DNA from: a phage
Length of the DNA: 64,000 nucleotides
Reading direction: 5' to 3' (one strand)
Sequence record: NC_101838.1
The notes under the pieces are model-generated. The model was not told the origin of the DNA. It worked only from the letters and a program-made list of their open reading frames with translations, and did not search any database. Position 1 is the stretch's first letter. Each line of letters opens with the position of its first letter. Shown in pieces: positions 36,245 to 46,348 of the stretch. Both the position numbers and the translations under genes were made by a program.

Positions 36245-36277
36245 AACAAAAAAAAAAATGAGAGCATCCTTGCTCTC
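36245..36277 (-). terminator. intrinsic terminator (minus strand)
   Basis: Hairpin gagagca-tcct-tgctctc next to an A-run of about 12 (T-run on minus) just downstream of the nrdD stop. Confidence 0.65.
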
Positions 36278-36288
36278 CACCTCTTTCC

Positions 36289-37512
36289 TTATTTACTCAA
36301 CGGACAACAGTCTACATTCCCAACATGTTTAACACGTTCGATAACCTCTGCTTGTTTACCTGTGTTATACGGCCTACTGTTCGGGCTGGAGAGATAGCCA
36401 GACACTCTTCGGATCACTGAGATATATTGTTCATCGTGGCATCCGCACGCAGGGCAGCAGAACCCTTTAGCTGTTGCACTGAACTCACCAGAGAAACCAC
36501 ACTTGAGACATTTATCCACAGGTTGGTTAATACCAAAATACATAATGTGTTTATACCCGAAGTCAACAAGAGCCTCTAAAGCATCAAGGTTGTTTTTCAG
36601 GTTAGGTGTCTCTACGTATCCGATGTTGCCACCGGAGGAGATCATAGCAAAACCTTCCTCATACTCCCACTTATCAAAAGGAGAGCTATTGATCCATACT
36701 GGCTGATGGAAACTGTTGGTGAGATATTCATGCTCGTGCTTTAACACTTCTGGATATTCACGATCCAGACAGGTTGCAGCTTTATAGCATAGACTCTCAG
36801 AAGGAGTGCCGTACAAGCTAAATGCTAGTCTACTTTCCTTCTTGTATCGCTCACAAGCATCTCTCATGTGCTGAAGGATTCCAAGAGCTAAAGCCTTGTC
36901 ACCTTCTCTGCCCAAAATCTGACAGGTTTCATACACACCAATGTACCCAATGCTGATGGAAGCGTACCCGTCATAGAAGAGTTTATCAATACTTTCTTCA
37001 GGATCCAGGCGAGCAAGAGCGCCTTCACACCACATGATGGGGTTCTGCCCTGCCTTTGTTCCTTTTAGACGGTTAACCCTTACAAGGTGAGCCTCGTATG
37101 CAAGATCCAAGTATTCGTCAAGAACTGCAAAGAAATCAACACCTTCCGTCTTAGCTTTTGCCGCAATCATTGGCAGGTTAAGGCTAACAACGCCTAAGTT
37201 AAATCTGCCAAGGTATTTCTCCTCGCCTGTTTCCAAGTCATTGTATTTGCTAAGAAAACTCCGGCAACCCATGCTCGTTACTTTGCCATCTGTCGAGCCT
37301 GTCACTTTTCTATTTAGTGGTACAGATACGAAGTCAGGATAGATACGTTCTGCACAGCATTCCAGAGCTAATCGTTTCAAATCATAGTTAGGATCTCCAG
37401 GGTTCATGTTGACACCCTCTTCTAGGAAGAACAGCACTTTAGGGAACACAGGTGTGATCCGTTCTTCACCAAGACCCATTTTGTGGACTTTCAAGTAATT
37501 TTTGGTAATCAT
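36289..37512 (-). CDS. nrdD: anaerobic ribonucleotide reductase NrdD, C-terminal part (candidate exon 2)
   Basis: Glycyl-radical motif RRVSGYLSS near the C-terminus; zinc ribbon CLKCGF...CCPACGC; GRFNLGVVSLNLPMIA resembles a conserved NrdD segment; no convincing SD before the first ATG. Confidence 0.8.
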   Translation of the reverse strand: MITKNYLKVHKMGLGEERITPVFPKVLFFLEEGVNMNPGDPNYDLKRLALECCAERIYPDFVSVPLNRKVTGSTDGKVTSMGCRSFLSKYNDLETGEEKYLGRFNLGVVSLNLPMIAAKAKTEGVDFFAVLDEYLDLAYEAHLVRVNRLKGTKAGQNPIMWCEGALARLDPEESIDKLFYDGYASISIGYIGVYETCQILGREGDKALALGILQHMRDACERYKKESRLAFSLYGTPSESLCYKAATCLDREYPEVLKHEHEYLTNSFHQPVWINSSPFDKWEYEEGFAMISSGGNIGYVETPNLKNNLDALEALVDFGYKHIMYFGINQPVDKCLKCGFSGEFSATAKGFCCPACGCHDEQYISVIRRVSGYLSSPNSRPYNTGKQAEVIERVKHVGNVDCCPLSK

Positions 37513-37605
37513 TCTACCAAAGACCGAGGTATCCAGTCCTAAACTTAATGTGATGAATGGAGTCTGCTGTCTCCTCCCTGTGTTTCCACAGGGCCAGACT
37601 ATCTC

Positions 37606-38139
37606 TTACTCTACTTCAATAAGATAATAACCCTTTATTGTGAGATGCTTACCTTCGGCATTTCCTTCGATAGCCCTATGAACGTTACCTACGTTCAAAT
37701 TTAAGGCTTTTGCACAGGCATAGAGTGAAGGATATTCACCCACCAAGGTTTTCCCTTTGTATGCCTGCACTTTCCTATAGCACTTACCTGGACAAAGTCC
37801 TGTTCGGAAAGCATGTCTCTTATTATCTTCCGGCAAAACCCACTCTAGGTTAGACGGATGATCATTCAATGTATTGCCATCTTTATGATTCACTTCCCAG
37901 TTTTCAGGGTCTTCTGGGACATCCGGCAAACAATACAAGGCAACAATCCTTGAGGTTTGGATTCGAATCTTTTTACCTTTGTGGTTGAAAGAGTACATAT
38001 AACGGCGTTTAACATGCTTGTTACCTTTTCCATAACCTCCCCACAATATTGGGTGTAGCATTCCACGTTTCCCGTATACGTTTCCAACCTCATCAATCAC
38101 ATAGTTTGATTCTTCACCATTAAGAATGATCTTTTTCAT
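37606..38139 (-). CDS. HNH homing endonuclease
   Basis: HNH motif EVNHKDGNTLNDHPSNLEWVLPEDNKRHA; own SD (ggagagg); sits between the two nrdD parts. Confidence 0.8.
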   Translation of the reverse strand: MKKIILNGEESNYVIDEVGNVYGKRGMLHPILWGGYGKGNKHVKRRYMYSFNHKGKKIRIQTSRIVALYCLPDVPEDPENWEVNHKDGNTLNDHPSNLEWVLPEDNKRHAFRTGLCPGKCYRKVQAYKGKTLVGEYPSLYACAKALNLNVGNVHRAIEGNAEGKHLTIKGYYLIEVE

Positions 38140-38360
38140 AGAGCCTCTCCATTTCGAAGTTAGTATTTCAACTAACCCCTACACTACTTGGTTCAGAAAT
38201 GTTTGTCAAGCATCTCTGCCTTTCGTTAGTCGTTACAACCGTTCCAACTCCTGTAAGAACTAGTCACGGGATTGGCATAGCTTTCGCCTTAGCGTTCCCC
38301 GTTAGCCGGATTTACCGACCCCTCTTATGAGGTTAGGAGAGTTTTACAACGGCCAGTTTG

Positions 38361-39224
38361 TTAACCGTTGACAGAAGTTAACGTATTGATTTGATAGAGC
38401 AAAGTCTGCATGCTGTCAAATACGTCTTTATCTGTCATTTGCATTGCAACAGTCTCAGCATCTGGCAACCAATGTTCCTGGCAAAATTTAAGGTTCTTCT
38501 CATAGGTCGCTTCAGCATACTGTGCCAGATAATGATCAATATGGCTCATAGTCTGACCCCCATATTGAGCACTAGCTACTGCACTAGAGATTTGGCTAAG
38601 GATTGTTGTTGCAACCCCTATTGACTTAGGCTTACTGACATGGGCGTTACCAATGTTGAATCCGTTTTCCAACATATCTGGATAATTTACCAAACAACAG
38701 TTTGTTAACGGACTGATCAAGTAGTCAAGATCATGCACATGGATGAAGCCTCTATTGTGCTCTTCTGAGACACGGTCTGGCAGGATCTGTGTTGATGCAA
38801 GGTGTTTGCTAAGAATGCCTGCAAGCAGGTCACGATGAGTGTGTACATGATTGGTAGGCTTATTTGCGTTTTCTTTTGTAAATTCATCACAAGTGCGATC
38901 CAAGAAGCCACTAATATCTGCAAGCAGTTTTCCACCTGCCTCTCTGTTATTATCTCTTGTCTGCCTATACTGGATGTATTCTCTGGCTGCACATTTTAAA
39001 CCCATATCCATAAGAGCGTCTTCAACAAGGATATGGATATTTTTTACAGAGATCGTGCACTGGTCGGTTGGTAGATTGTTAGCAACAACTTCATTAACCG
39101 CGCAGGCGATCCGGTAAGCTTCTTCTTCAGTATGTCCAGACTCAAGTAAGGCGGACTCTGCCGCCTTGATCACCTTAATTCCGTTATAGACCTCTTCTCT
39201 ACCGTCCCGTTTTACAACTTTCAC
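38361..39224 (-). CDS. nrdD: anaerobic ribonucleotide reductase NrdD, N-terminal part (candidate exon 1)
   Basis: ATP-cone-like N-terminus (MKVVKRDGREEVYNGIKV), GFIHVHDLDY motif typical of class III RNR; ORF stops after ...LTSVNG, 848 nt upstream of the C-terminal part. Confidence 0.8.
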   Translation of the reverse strand: MKVVKRDGREEVYNGIKVIKAAESALLESGHTEEEAYRIACAVNEVVANNLPTDQCTISVKNIHILVEDALMDMGLKCAAREYIQYRQTRDNNREAGGKLLADISGFLDRTCDEFTKENANKPTNHVHTHRDLLAGILSKHLASTQILPDRVSEEHNRGFIHVHDLDYLISPLTNCCLVNYPDMLENGFNIGNAHVSKPKSIGVATTILSQISSAVASAQYGGQTMSHIDHYLAQYAEATYEKNLKFCQEHWLPDAETVAMQMTDKDVFDSMQTLLYQINTLTSVNG

Positions 39225-39499
39225 TTTTTCTCTCCAAAACCATTCTTAACAAAAGAGATGAAATCGTCGGCACCGCCTATATGGACACTTTCAAGATTAC
39301 TTTCTAAGAAGATCTGCGGCAACGTTCTGGGTACGATTGGACTGCACTTCTCAATAAGCTCTTCTTTTGTGTAACCCTCGCCAAGTGTCTTATATACAAA
39401 AGGCAGACCTTTACTGACTGCAAATTCTTTTGCTCTTACACAATGTGGGCAGTTATCTTTACCGTAAATAATAAAGAAAAAAGATTTTTCACAGCTCAT
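39221..39499 (-). CDS. nrdC: glutaredoxin/thioredoxin-like protein (T4 NrdC-like)
   Basis: YGKDNCPHC active-site motif and C-terminal HIGGADDF; 92 aa; immediately downstream of nrdB. Confidence 0.7.
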   Translation of the reverse strand: MSCEKSFFFIIYGKDNCPHCVRAKEFAVSKGLPFVYKTLGEGYTKEELIEKCSPIVPRTLPQIFLESNLESVHIGGADDFISFVKNGFGEKK

Positions 39500-39502
39500 G
39501 TA

Positions 39503-40591
39503 TTAAAACTCCCAAATTTCTTCTTCAGCGTCATTAACAGTTGTGTTGACGCGGTAGTCAGTGTTCGACATTTCTTGGTTCGCCGTCTGTTGCAATGAAG
39601 GTTTCATCCACACCTGCATAAACGGTAGAGGGTCCTTTGTTGGCGGCACAAAGTCTTTGTCGATGCCGTAGTAATCATAAATCGGTGAGCAGTTATAGTC
39701 AACCCATTCTTTAAGCAACGGTGAGTTAAGACCTATAATCGCTCTTCCTTCGCTGAAAATATAGTCACTCCAACCGTACTCTTTGGTTCGTACTTCATCA
39801 AGAATCTCTTTTAACTCCCCCTTTATCTCAAGGAAGCTTTTCTCCCATGCGGGATCGTTAAGCAAGATATCAATGATGGCAAAATCACCTTTCGAATGTA
39901 GCATTTCGTCAAGCATGATTTTTTGAACAAGCTGCGCCACCTGAACAAAAATACCCTGTTCAGCTACTGCGAAAGTGCATGCAAAACTTGCAATAAACTC
40001 AATACTTTCCAGGGCTAAAAGTGCAAAAAGCGCTCTAAGAATGCATTTCCGCACAATATCTTCTTCAACACTAGAAGGATCCAGGCGGTATTTTGCACCA
40101 ATAACCTCAAGCTCTTGCATGTATTTGACAATAACGCCGGATCTGCTCAGAACGTTTTGGTTTTCCTGAATCTCTTCTATAATCTCACGGGCATTGGGGA
40201 GGCATTGTCTAACAATCTCTGAGTAAGTTAGTGCGTGAAGAACTTCAATCTCTGACTGTTTCATCAATAGAGTGAAAAGCTCACTATTAGTGATGAATGG
40301 TGAAAAGAGGCAGATGATCGATCTTGCCGCAACGCTATCAGCCTCCCATTGCCACATCAAGGTCTGCACCATCACGTCATAAGTTGACTTTGAGCATGTT
40401 ACAAAATCTGAAATAGATTGCGACAAATCCACTTCATCCTCTGCCCAATCTTGCTCTTTTTGTTTTTTGTATAGTTCAAACAGTTGTGGATATTTTTTGT
40501 TGATAGAGTCGTACATACCCATTTGCTGTCCCAGAAACAGCGGATAGTCACCAGTTTTATGAGCGGTGTTCTCAGCATTAAATACAGCCAT
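39503..40591 (-). CDS. nrdB: ribonucleotide reductase class Ia beta subunit
   Basis: Di-iron ligand ExxH-like motifs (EIEVLHA, DEMLHSK); acidic C-terminus ...EEEIWEF; adjacent to nrdA. Confidence 0.85.
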   Translation of the reverse strand: MAVFNAENTAHKTGDYPLFLGQQMGMYDSINKKYPQLFELYKKQKEQDWAEDEVDLSQSISDFVTCSKSTYDVMVQTLMWQWEADSVAARSIICLFSPFITNSELFTLLMKQSEIEVLHALTYSEIVRQCLPNAREIIEEIQENQNVLSRSGVIVKYMQELEVIGAKYRLDPSSVEEDIVRKCILRALFALLALESIEFIASFACTFAVAEQGIFVQVAQLVQKIMLDEMLHSKGDFAIIDILLNDPAWEKSFLEIKGELKEILDEVRTKEYGWSDYIFSEGRAIIGLNSPLLKEWVDYNCSPIYDYYGIDKDFVPPTKDPLPFMQVWMKPSLQQTANQEMSNTDYRVNTTVNDAEEEIWEF

Positions 40592-40602
40592 TATTCTAAC
40601 CT

Positions 40603-40626
40603 CTAAAATGGGGCCGAAGCCCCTTT
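40603..40626 (-). terminator. putative terminator / processing hairpin (minus strand)
   Basis: Hairpin ggggc-cgaa-gcccc flanked by A/T runs between nrdA and nrdB. Confidence 0.5.
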
Positions 40627-40630
40627 AAAA

Positions 40631-42946
40631 TTATAGTGCACAACTTTCGCAATACTGATCTTCAACTGAACTATCTGCATTCAAAGGATAGTTCTTTCTG
40701 GTTTCATCTTCAGCCTGTTTCTTGGCATGAAGTTCCTCTGCCAAGGAGTCGCCAGCACCAACCCTAGAGTTTAAATAATACCATGTCTTCATTCCGAATT
40801 TAGTGGCACGGATAAGGTACCCTAGCTGCTCCTTCATTGAAATTTTACCATCTTTCAACTTGGTGTAGTCTATGTACAAATCCGCGCTGATTGCCTGACC
40901 TGTGAATTTTTGAATCACAGCATACATATCGATCATGTCGTTAGTATCAACGTCCCAAGCCGAAGTGTAATACTCTTTCAACTCATCATAGTCAGGAACG
41001 ATAAACAGCACCTGCCCTTGTGGCGACTTTTTAAAGATAATGTGCTCACGGACAGGATAAACCCCGTTAGTGGTGTTTGTTGCCAGCGAAGAGCTTTCAT
41101 TAGGCATATATGCTTCAAGAACGCTATTACGTAGCCCACCATTCTCAATGATTTCTTTACGTAACCCTTCCCAATCCTGTTTAAGAGAAGGATCTTTCAC
41201 CACGCTATCGACCTCTTTGTTATAGGTGTCGATTGGTAACCAACCTTCTGGATATTTTGTTTTATGCATCCACTCGCAGACACCACGCTCTTTTGCCAAC
41301 CGTAAACTTGCCTTATGCAAGCTGTAGCTGTGAAGTTCTGCAAGATCGTGAACGAGCTGTTTACTTTCAGGAGACCCGTAAGTAACCTTGTGGCTGGCAA
41401 TAAAATGTGCAACATTGGTAAGGCCAACCCCGATGGATCTGCGTTTTTTAACTGTGCTTTCCATATTTTCATACGGATATGTCATGATTTCCATAACATT
41501 GTCAATCATAAGCACCGTATAGTATGCAACATCCTCATACTCCTCTGGAGTAACCCTCCCAGCTACAAGAGATGACAGGAAGCACAATGCAACCTCTCCA
41601 TCATCAGCATCGTACTTGAAGATATTACGCATATCTGAATAGCCTTTTGTCGGGAGGGCTATTTCTGCACACAGGTTGCTTGAATAGATCACATCTTTAA
41701 AAGGTGTATGTCTATTCATCTCATCTGTCCAGTATACGTACAGCCTTCCCACCTCAGTGCGCTGCGTGATCAGTTCAACAGCAAGATCTCTAGCTCGGAT
41801 CCATGTTTTAGGAATACTGTCATCTTTAGCAATACGATCAACCTCTGCATCAAACTCCTCCATAGACATGGTGAAGATACCCTCATGCAGTTGAGGCGCG
41901 TGCTTATAAGAAACAAGCATCCAATCTAAATTCTTAGCCACACGGTTGATAAACGACCTATTAATACCGATGGAGTAGTCCATGGTGTTGATTCTTTTTG
42001 AAGCAACAGTCATAGGGTTTCTCAAACGGATTAGCTCATCAATCTGCGGGTCCAGTGCAAGGAATGATACTGTTGCAGAACCACCACGTGATTGTTGTCT
42101 GTTCTCCTTAACCCCAGCATCAATACCTCGATAATATGGAATCTTACCCATATGTTTAATAGTGTTACCACGAACACCATCGCCTGCAGATCTTGAGGAT
42201 AAGTAGTAGCCGATACCTGCTTGGTTAACCGTCATTGTGTACGCAACTTCACGTGCCACACCAATAGATTTTGCTGTATCGTCAGCTTTTATTACACAAC
42301 AAGATGCATACCCTGTCTTACCTGTGCGCAGCCCGTTTAAGTACGGTGTTGGGGCATTGATCTTTAAGTCGGACAGATAAGTGTATAATTTTACAACATC
42401 GTTGATACGACGTTCTTTCGGCATATTCTTCATGACAGCCATTGCTATCCCCATAAACATCATCTGGGGAGATTCAAACAAGGTGTCTTTAAGAGTATCC
42501 TTGATCCCGTATTTGTCGCGAAACTGTTTAAGGACTGCATAGCCATAACCGAGATCTTTACTGTGGTCAATAACAGCGTCTAAAGTGTTTAGCTCGGTAA
42601 AGCTATAACCCATATCCTCCCAATAACCTTTCTCAACCATGTCATTGTAAAATGATGGTAAGGAAGGGATCTTTGTAAACCCTCCAAAAGCCTCTTTATA
42701 GATCTGACCAATAAGAACACGACCAGCCATACGGGAATGTGCTTCGTCTTTACGGCTAACACAAGAGTCTATAATAGCTTGGTTAACTTCTTTGGTTGTA
42801 CATCCATCATACAACCGCTTGTAGGCATCCAGTGCAATATGTGACCAATTGCCGTTACCATCGTCACCGAAAATAGCTGCCTTATTTAAACGTTCTGGAT
42901 CGAATGCCACTTCACATCCGTTGCTTTTAATTACCTTGGTGATCAA
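40631..42946 (-). CDS. nrdA: ribonucleotide reductase class Ia alpha subunit
   Basis: 771 aa; N-terminal ATP-cone-like VIKSNG; active-site SNLCAEI; C-terminal CESCAL Cys pair. Confidence 0.9.
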   Translation of the reverse strand: MITKVIKSNGCEVAFDPERLNKAAIFGDDGNGNWSHIALDAYKRLYDGCTTKEVNQAIIDSCVSRKDEAHSRMAGRVLIGQIYKEAFGGFTKIPSLPSFYNDMVEKGYWEDMGYSFTELNTLDAVIDHSKDLGYGYAVLKQFRDKYGIKDTLKDTLFESPQMMFMGIAMAVMKNMPKERRINDVVKLYTYLSDLKINAPTPYLNGLRTGKTGYASCCVIKADDTAKSIGVAREVAYTMTVNQAGIGYYLSSRSAGDGVRGNTIKHMGKIPYYRGIDAGVKENRQQSRGGSATVSFLALDPQIDELIRLRNPMTVASKRINTMDYSIGINRSFINRVAKNLDWMLVSYKHAPQLHEGIFTMSMEEFDAEVDRIAKDDSIPKTWIRARDLAVELITQRTEVGRLYVYWTDEMNRHTPFKDVIYSSNLCAEIALPTKGYSDMRNIFKYDADDGEVALCFLSSLVAGRVTPEEYEDVAYYTVLMIDNVMEIMTYPYENMESTVKKRRSIGVGLTNVAHFIASHKVTYGSPESKQLVHDLAELHSYSLHKASLRLAKERGVCEWMHKTKYPEGWLPIDTYNKEVDSVVKDPSLKQDWEGLRKEIIENGGLRNSVLEAYMPNESSSLATNTTNGVYPVREHIIFKKSPQGQVLFIVPDYDELKEYYTSAWDVDTNDMIDMYAVIQKFTGQAISADLYIDYTKLKDGKISMKEQLGYLIRATKFGMKTWYYLNSRVGAGDSLAEELHAKKQAEDETRKNYPLNADSSVEDQYCESCAL

Positions 42947-43173
42947 TTTGCTTCCTCCACTTCACTAACGTATTTATCAAGGCAGGTATCAGTATCTTGC
43001 TGGATAAAAGTATCCTCTTCTACAGAGATATTTATAATTTTACCTGTATACTCGTCATAATAGACATCATCATACATTTTAATATCGTTTGTCAGGCCAT
43101 TGAACCAAAGCCAACCAACATACTCTGCCCGACTTGCAAAACCAAGATCCTTCCACTTGGAGTTATGACTCAT
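42943..43173 (-). CDS. hypothetical protein (about 76 aa)
   Basis: Internal ATG (MSHNSKW...) with aggtgg SD; avoids overlap with the upstream gene. Confidence 0.45.
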   Translation of the reverse strand: MSHNSKWKDLGFASRAEYVGWLWFNGLTNDIKMYDDVYYDEYTGKIINISVEEDTFIQQDTDTCLDKYVSEVEEAN

Positions 43174-43183
43174 CTTCACCACC

Positions 43184-43684
43184 TTAGCTTTCAATACCGA
43201 ATAATTTTTCCAGGCGATGCAGATCTTCAAAATTGAAAGGTTCATCAACAATATGAATATCTTCAGCCTTTTCAGATTGTTTTGTATACTTTCTTACATT
43301 AACACGATCCTCTACAGGGATATCATACGGGAGATTTTGAACAAGCATTGCCTCACCAGGTGCTTTATCTACATCTAAAATATCTACACCGTTATACATT
43401 TGTGGGTATCTAAAGTCTGCACGCATGACACCAGCAAATACATCTGCCTTTCGATAATGTGTTGGCTTATTTTTGCATCGAACGTTTTTTCCACGAAGAA
43501 CATCAATACTTTTTAAATCAAACCCTACGGCAAAGAGTGCAGCTCGGAGACCGTTTCGTGTGCGAACGTTAAACCCGGGGACGGTAGATAGAAAATCTAA
43601 AGTAACTGAAATAAATGTCTTTTTAGGAATCATAACATTACTCATATCTGTCTCCATTTCTGGCTCACCAACAAAGTGAGCCAT
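43184..43684 (-). CDS. hypothetical protein (166 aa)
   Basis: ORF between thyX and nrdA; not recognisably DHFR. Confidence 0.5.
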   Translation of the reverse strand: MAHFVGEPEMETDMSNVMIPKKTFISVTLDFLSTVPGFNVRTRNGLRAALFAVGFDLKSIDVLRGKNVRCKNKPTHYRKADVFAGVMRADFRYPQMYNGVDILDVDKAPGEAMLVQNLPYDIPVEDRVNVRKYTKQSEKAEDIHIVDEPFNFEDLHRLEKLFGIES

Positions 43685-43743
43685 TATTATAGATTATCTA
43701 ATACTATTAGTCAACACAAAAGTTACCTATCGCTGTGATAGGA

Positions 43744-44727
43744 TTAACCTTTCACGAAGTGGTTATTAAGCAGTTGTCTGTGCTGAACCCACCCACAAAA
43801 GTTGGCAGACCAGAATTTACCATCACGGTCTTGATGGGTTACACCTTCCTGCCAAGTACTGATGTCTTGTGTGATTTCACATGAAGACAGGTAGTAGTTT
43901 AAACGTTCCATTGCGTTATCGTGATCCATAGGTGTTGCCTGGTGCTCGTAAGGGCTTGCATGAATACGATCCCCACCAATCAATTTTTTAGCCACACTAT
44001 CTGCCTTTTCAAACGTGCTGTCAATATTTCGATAAGATACTTGTGCACAGCAACTAGCACTGATAGACAGAGCTTCTTTAGTATCGAGAATGCAGAGCTT
44101 TCCTTCTGTGTCACGTACAGCGTAGTTAAACTCTCCGTCCAAATAAACGTGCTCTACATATGGGGTGTGCCATTGACCCGGTTTAAGGATTTCAGGAGTG
44201 CTATTCTCAAGAGCCTCCCACATACAATTAGCTAACATCTGAATCGTAGGATCCGCATCGTGCCAGCAACGGAGGTGGAAAAAATTATTCCACTCGGTGC
44301 TTGTTACAACTGTTTTCATGCGCTGGAACGGCTCCACTAAGCGGTTACATACTTGCTTATGGTAACCAGCAAGGGCGAACTTCTCTGCATGCCAAGCGGC
44401 GTTTTTTGCAGCTTCTTTCCAAAACTCTTCAGGAGTTAGCTCCATGTCAGTGTACTCTACACGGATCTTTTGATCGTGTTCCCCACCATCTTCCATTCCT
44501 CGCTTATTTACACCGAAGCGAACTGGCATTGCCGGATTCTCCACAATCTGTTGCAGCATCTTGCCGACAGGTACTGCACGGGAAGACATGGCGTTTCGGC
44601 TGAACACTCGGTGCGTCATAAGCTCTGAGTGAATAATTCGAGGATACTCTAGTTCAAAAGTGGTGATACGCTTACCTTTCTCGGAAATGCTGTCAGCAAT
44701 AATCTTTGCAGTGCACAGTTTTAGCAT
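43744..44727 (-). CDS. thyX: flavin-dependent thymidylate synthase
   Basis: ThyX-like motif THRVFSRNAMSSR (RHR...S signature with R to T change in first position); 327 aa; nucleotide-metabolism context. Confidence 0.75.
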   Translation of the reverse strand: MLKLCTAKIIADSISEKGKRITTFELEYPRIIHSELMTHRVFSRNAMSSRAVPVGKMLQQIVENPAMPVRFGVNKRGMEDGGEHDQKIRVEYTDMELTPEEFWKEAAKNAAWHAEKFALAGYHKQVCNRLVEPFQRMKTVVTSTEWNNFFHLRCWHDADPTIQMLANCMWEALENSTPEILKPGQWHTPYVEHVYLDGEFNYAVRDTEGKLCILDTKEALSISASCCAQVSYRNIDSTFEKADSVAKKLIGGDRIHASPYEHQATPMDHDNAMERLNYYLSSCEITQDISTWQEGVTHQDRDGKFWSANFCGWVQHRQLLNNHFVKG

Positions 44728-44927
44728 TATTTAGCTCTCCTTGTTTTAATTTTGGAAATTTCGTCTGGGTTTATGTTGGCCTTAAATGCAAGGTATCTGT
44801 TGAACATGTCAGAGCACATATCTTGGGTGATCCTAGAGGCATACACTAGCTTACCTCCTAGATCATACACCTCTAGCCAGTCACCGTATCTGACTACAGG
44901 ATCGCCACCTTTAGAACATCTGCCCAT
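44727..44927 (-). CDS. hypothetical protein (66 aa)
   Basis: Small ORF; start overlaps thyX stop. Confidence 0.45.
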   Translation of the reverse strand: MGRCSKGGDPVVRYGDWLEVYDLGGKLVYASRITQDMCSDMFNRYLAFKANINPDEISKIKTRRAK

Positions 44928-44928
44928 T

Positions 44929-45522
44929 TCAAATACCTTCTAAAAATTTTCCTATTTTATACCAGCTATTAGCGGTATAGTCAACACTGACCTTTAACTC
45001 CTCGAATTGCTCATAAGGCGTATCTTTTAGGATTTTAATAACTTCAGGTCGTGAAGCGAATTGGTTCAGGTATTCATGCCTGTCGTCAATTATAACATCT
45101 ACAGCCACATTCCCTTTGAAATGTATGGCGTAGAAGCCGTGGCCCTGGGTGTGATCGTCCAGATCCATAAAATCACTGGTCCAACGCTTTAAGAACCTTG
45201 ATTTAGATGCAAGGTGACCTTTCTTGCATACCGAGATAAATGCAAGCTTGTGACCACGAGCCACCAAATCTTTCATAACCTCAATAGCCCCCTCTTCAGG
45301 CTTAAGGAAGTCGTAGAGGAACGGATCACTCCAGAAATCAAAAGGTCCTATGATGTTTTCTTTGGGACGATCAGGCCAATACTTTGACAGATCGTAATAC
45401 ATTAGCCCATTAGAAGGTTTAGCTACTGTCTTACTGGCTGGACCATACAAACGCTCCAACCACTCCCACCATGCTGTTCCTGAATCTACCAGTGTCAGAT
45501 CTACATCAATTCCGATTAACAT
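44929..45522 (-). CDS. HAD-superfamily phosphatase (putative 5'-nucleotidase)
   Basis: HAD motif I IGIDVDLTLVD (DxDxT) at the N-terminus. Confidence 0.6.
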   Translation of the reverse strand: MLIGIDVDLTLVDSGTAWWEWLERLYGPASKTVAKPSNGLMYYDLSKYWPDRPKENIIGPFDFWSDPFLYDFLKPEEGAIEVMKDLVARGHKLAFISVCKKGHLASKSRFLKRWTSDFMDLDDHTQGHGFYAIHFKGNVAVDVIIDDRHEYLNQFASRPEVIKILKDTPYEQFEELKVSVDYTANSWYKIGKFLEGI

Positions 45523-46130
45523 TCTTCTTGGGCCTCTTTAGCATCAATATACTTGCACACAATCTCCGATGCACACTCCCAAGGTGCACCTTCAGGGTTT
45601 ACAACATCAAACTCAACCCCTTTTATTCCGTTCTTTTCCAGACTTAGATAGGTTCTGGAATCATTTCCCCAGTCATATCCTACACGGTGAATACGGAACA
45701 ACAACAGATCTCCACCTGTGCTGTATGCGTACTCGCTAAGGCATGCCAGTTCCTCTTTGAATCCACCATCGGAGTAAACAATAACCCCTTTACTTTCAGG
45801 AAAATCTTTCTTCAAAGATGCGACTGCGGCTTTACCGAAAGCATCTTCACCAAAGATAGGTTTAATCAGATTTTCACTACAATGGATCATCCATTCTCGC
45901 GGAGAAACATGCTTGCCGTCTATCATTAAGAAAGGGCAAGGCTCTTCTTTGTAGTGGCGGTCATAAAGTGCATTCCAGAGTTGAGGAGTTACACCAGCTG
46001 CCTTAATTGCCACGCTGAAGAGCATTTCCTTAACCTCGCGGTGGTGTGAGTTAGGAATAGCTTCCAACAAGAGATCTGCAATGTGATCCTTACCACTGCT
46101 GGGCGGGGCGTTAAGAACAATAATATCCAT
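45516..46130 (-). CDS. putative deoxynucleoside monophosphate kinase
   Basis: P-loop LNAPPSSGKDHIA resembles T4 gp1 dNMP kinase N-terminus; 204 aa. Confidence 0.55.
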   Translation of the reverse strand: MDIIVLNAPPSSGKDHIADLLLEAIPNSHHREVKEMLFSVAIKAAGVTPQLWNALYDRHYKEEPCPFLMIDGKHVSPREWMIHCSENLIKPIFGEDAFGKAAVASLKKDFPESKGVIVYSDGGFKEELACLSEYAYSTGGDLLLFRIHRVGYDWGNDSRTYLSLEKNGIKGVEFDVVNPEGAPWECASEIVCKYIDAKEAQEEC

Positions 46131-46333
46131 TAAAAACCTCCGTGGTATTCTTCAACTGCATCAATAATACTTTTACACTTATCTACCAGCTCGTTAGCCA
46201 CTACAGCATCGTCTTCCCAAACAGCCTCCTCAATCTGATCAAGCAATGATCGCATCTTACTCATCATTTCTGGGATAAAGTTTTCTGAAAAGCTGTCTGG
46301 AATTGTTAACTCTAGTGTCATTTCGGTCTCCAA
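46130..46333 (-). CDS. hypothetical acidic protein (67 aa)
   Basis: ORF in array. Confidence 0.45.
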   Translation of the reverse strand: METEMTLELTIPDSFSENFIPEMMSKMRSLLDQIEEAVWEDDAVVANELVDKCKSIIDAVEEYHGGF

Positions 46334-46348
46334 TCATACTATACGTTA

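Noticed and set aside
40910-42000. Plus-strand ORFs inside nrdA (40910..41134, 41197..41472 minus-frame, 41315..41575, 41708..41929)
   Set aside because: Antisense or alternative-frame ORFs within a well-supported long gene; no evidence for independent coding.
43184-43684. Dihydrofolate reductase next to thyX, by analogy with T4 td-frd
   Set aside because: Sequence shows none of the DHFR motifs I can recall, and ThyX-containing systems do not require DHFR in the same way; left as hypothetical.
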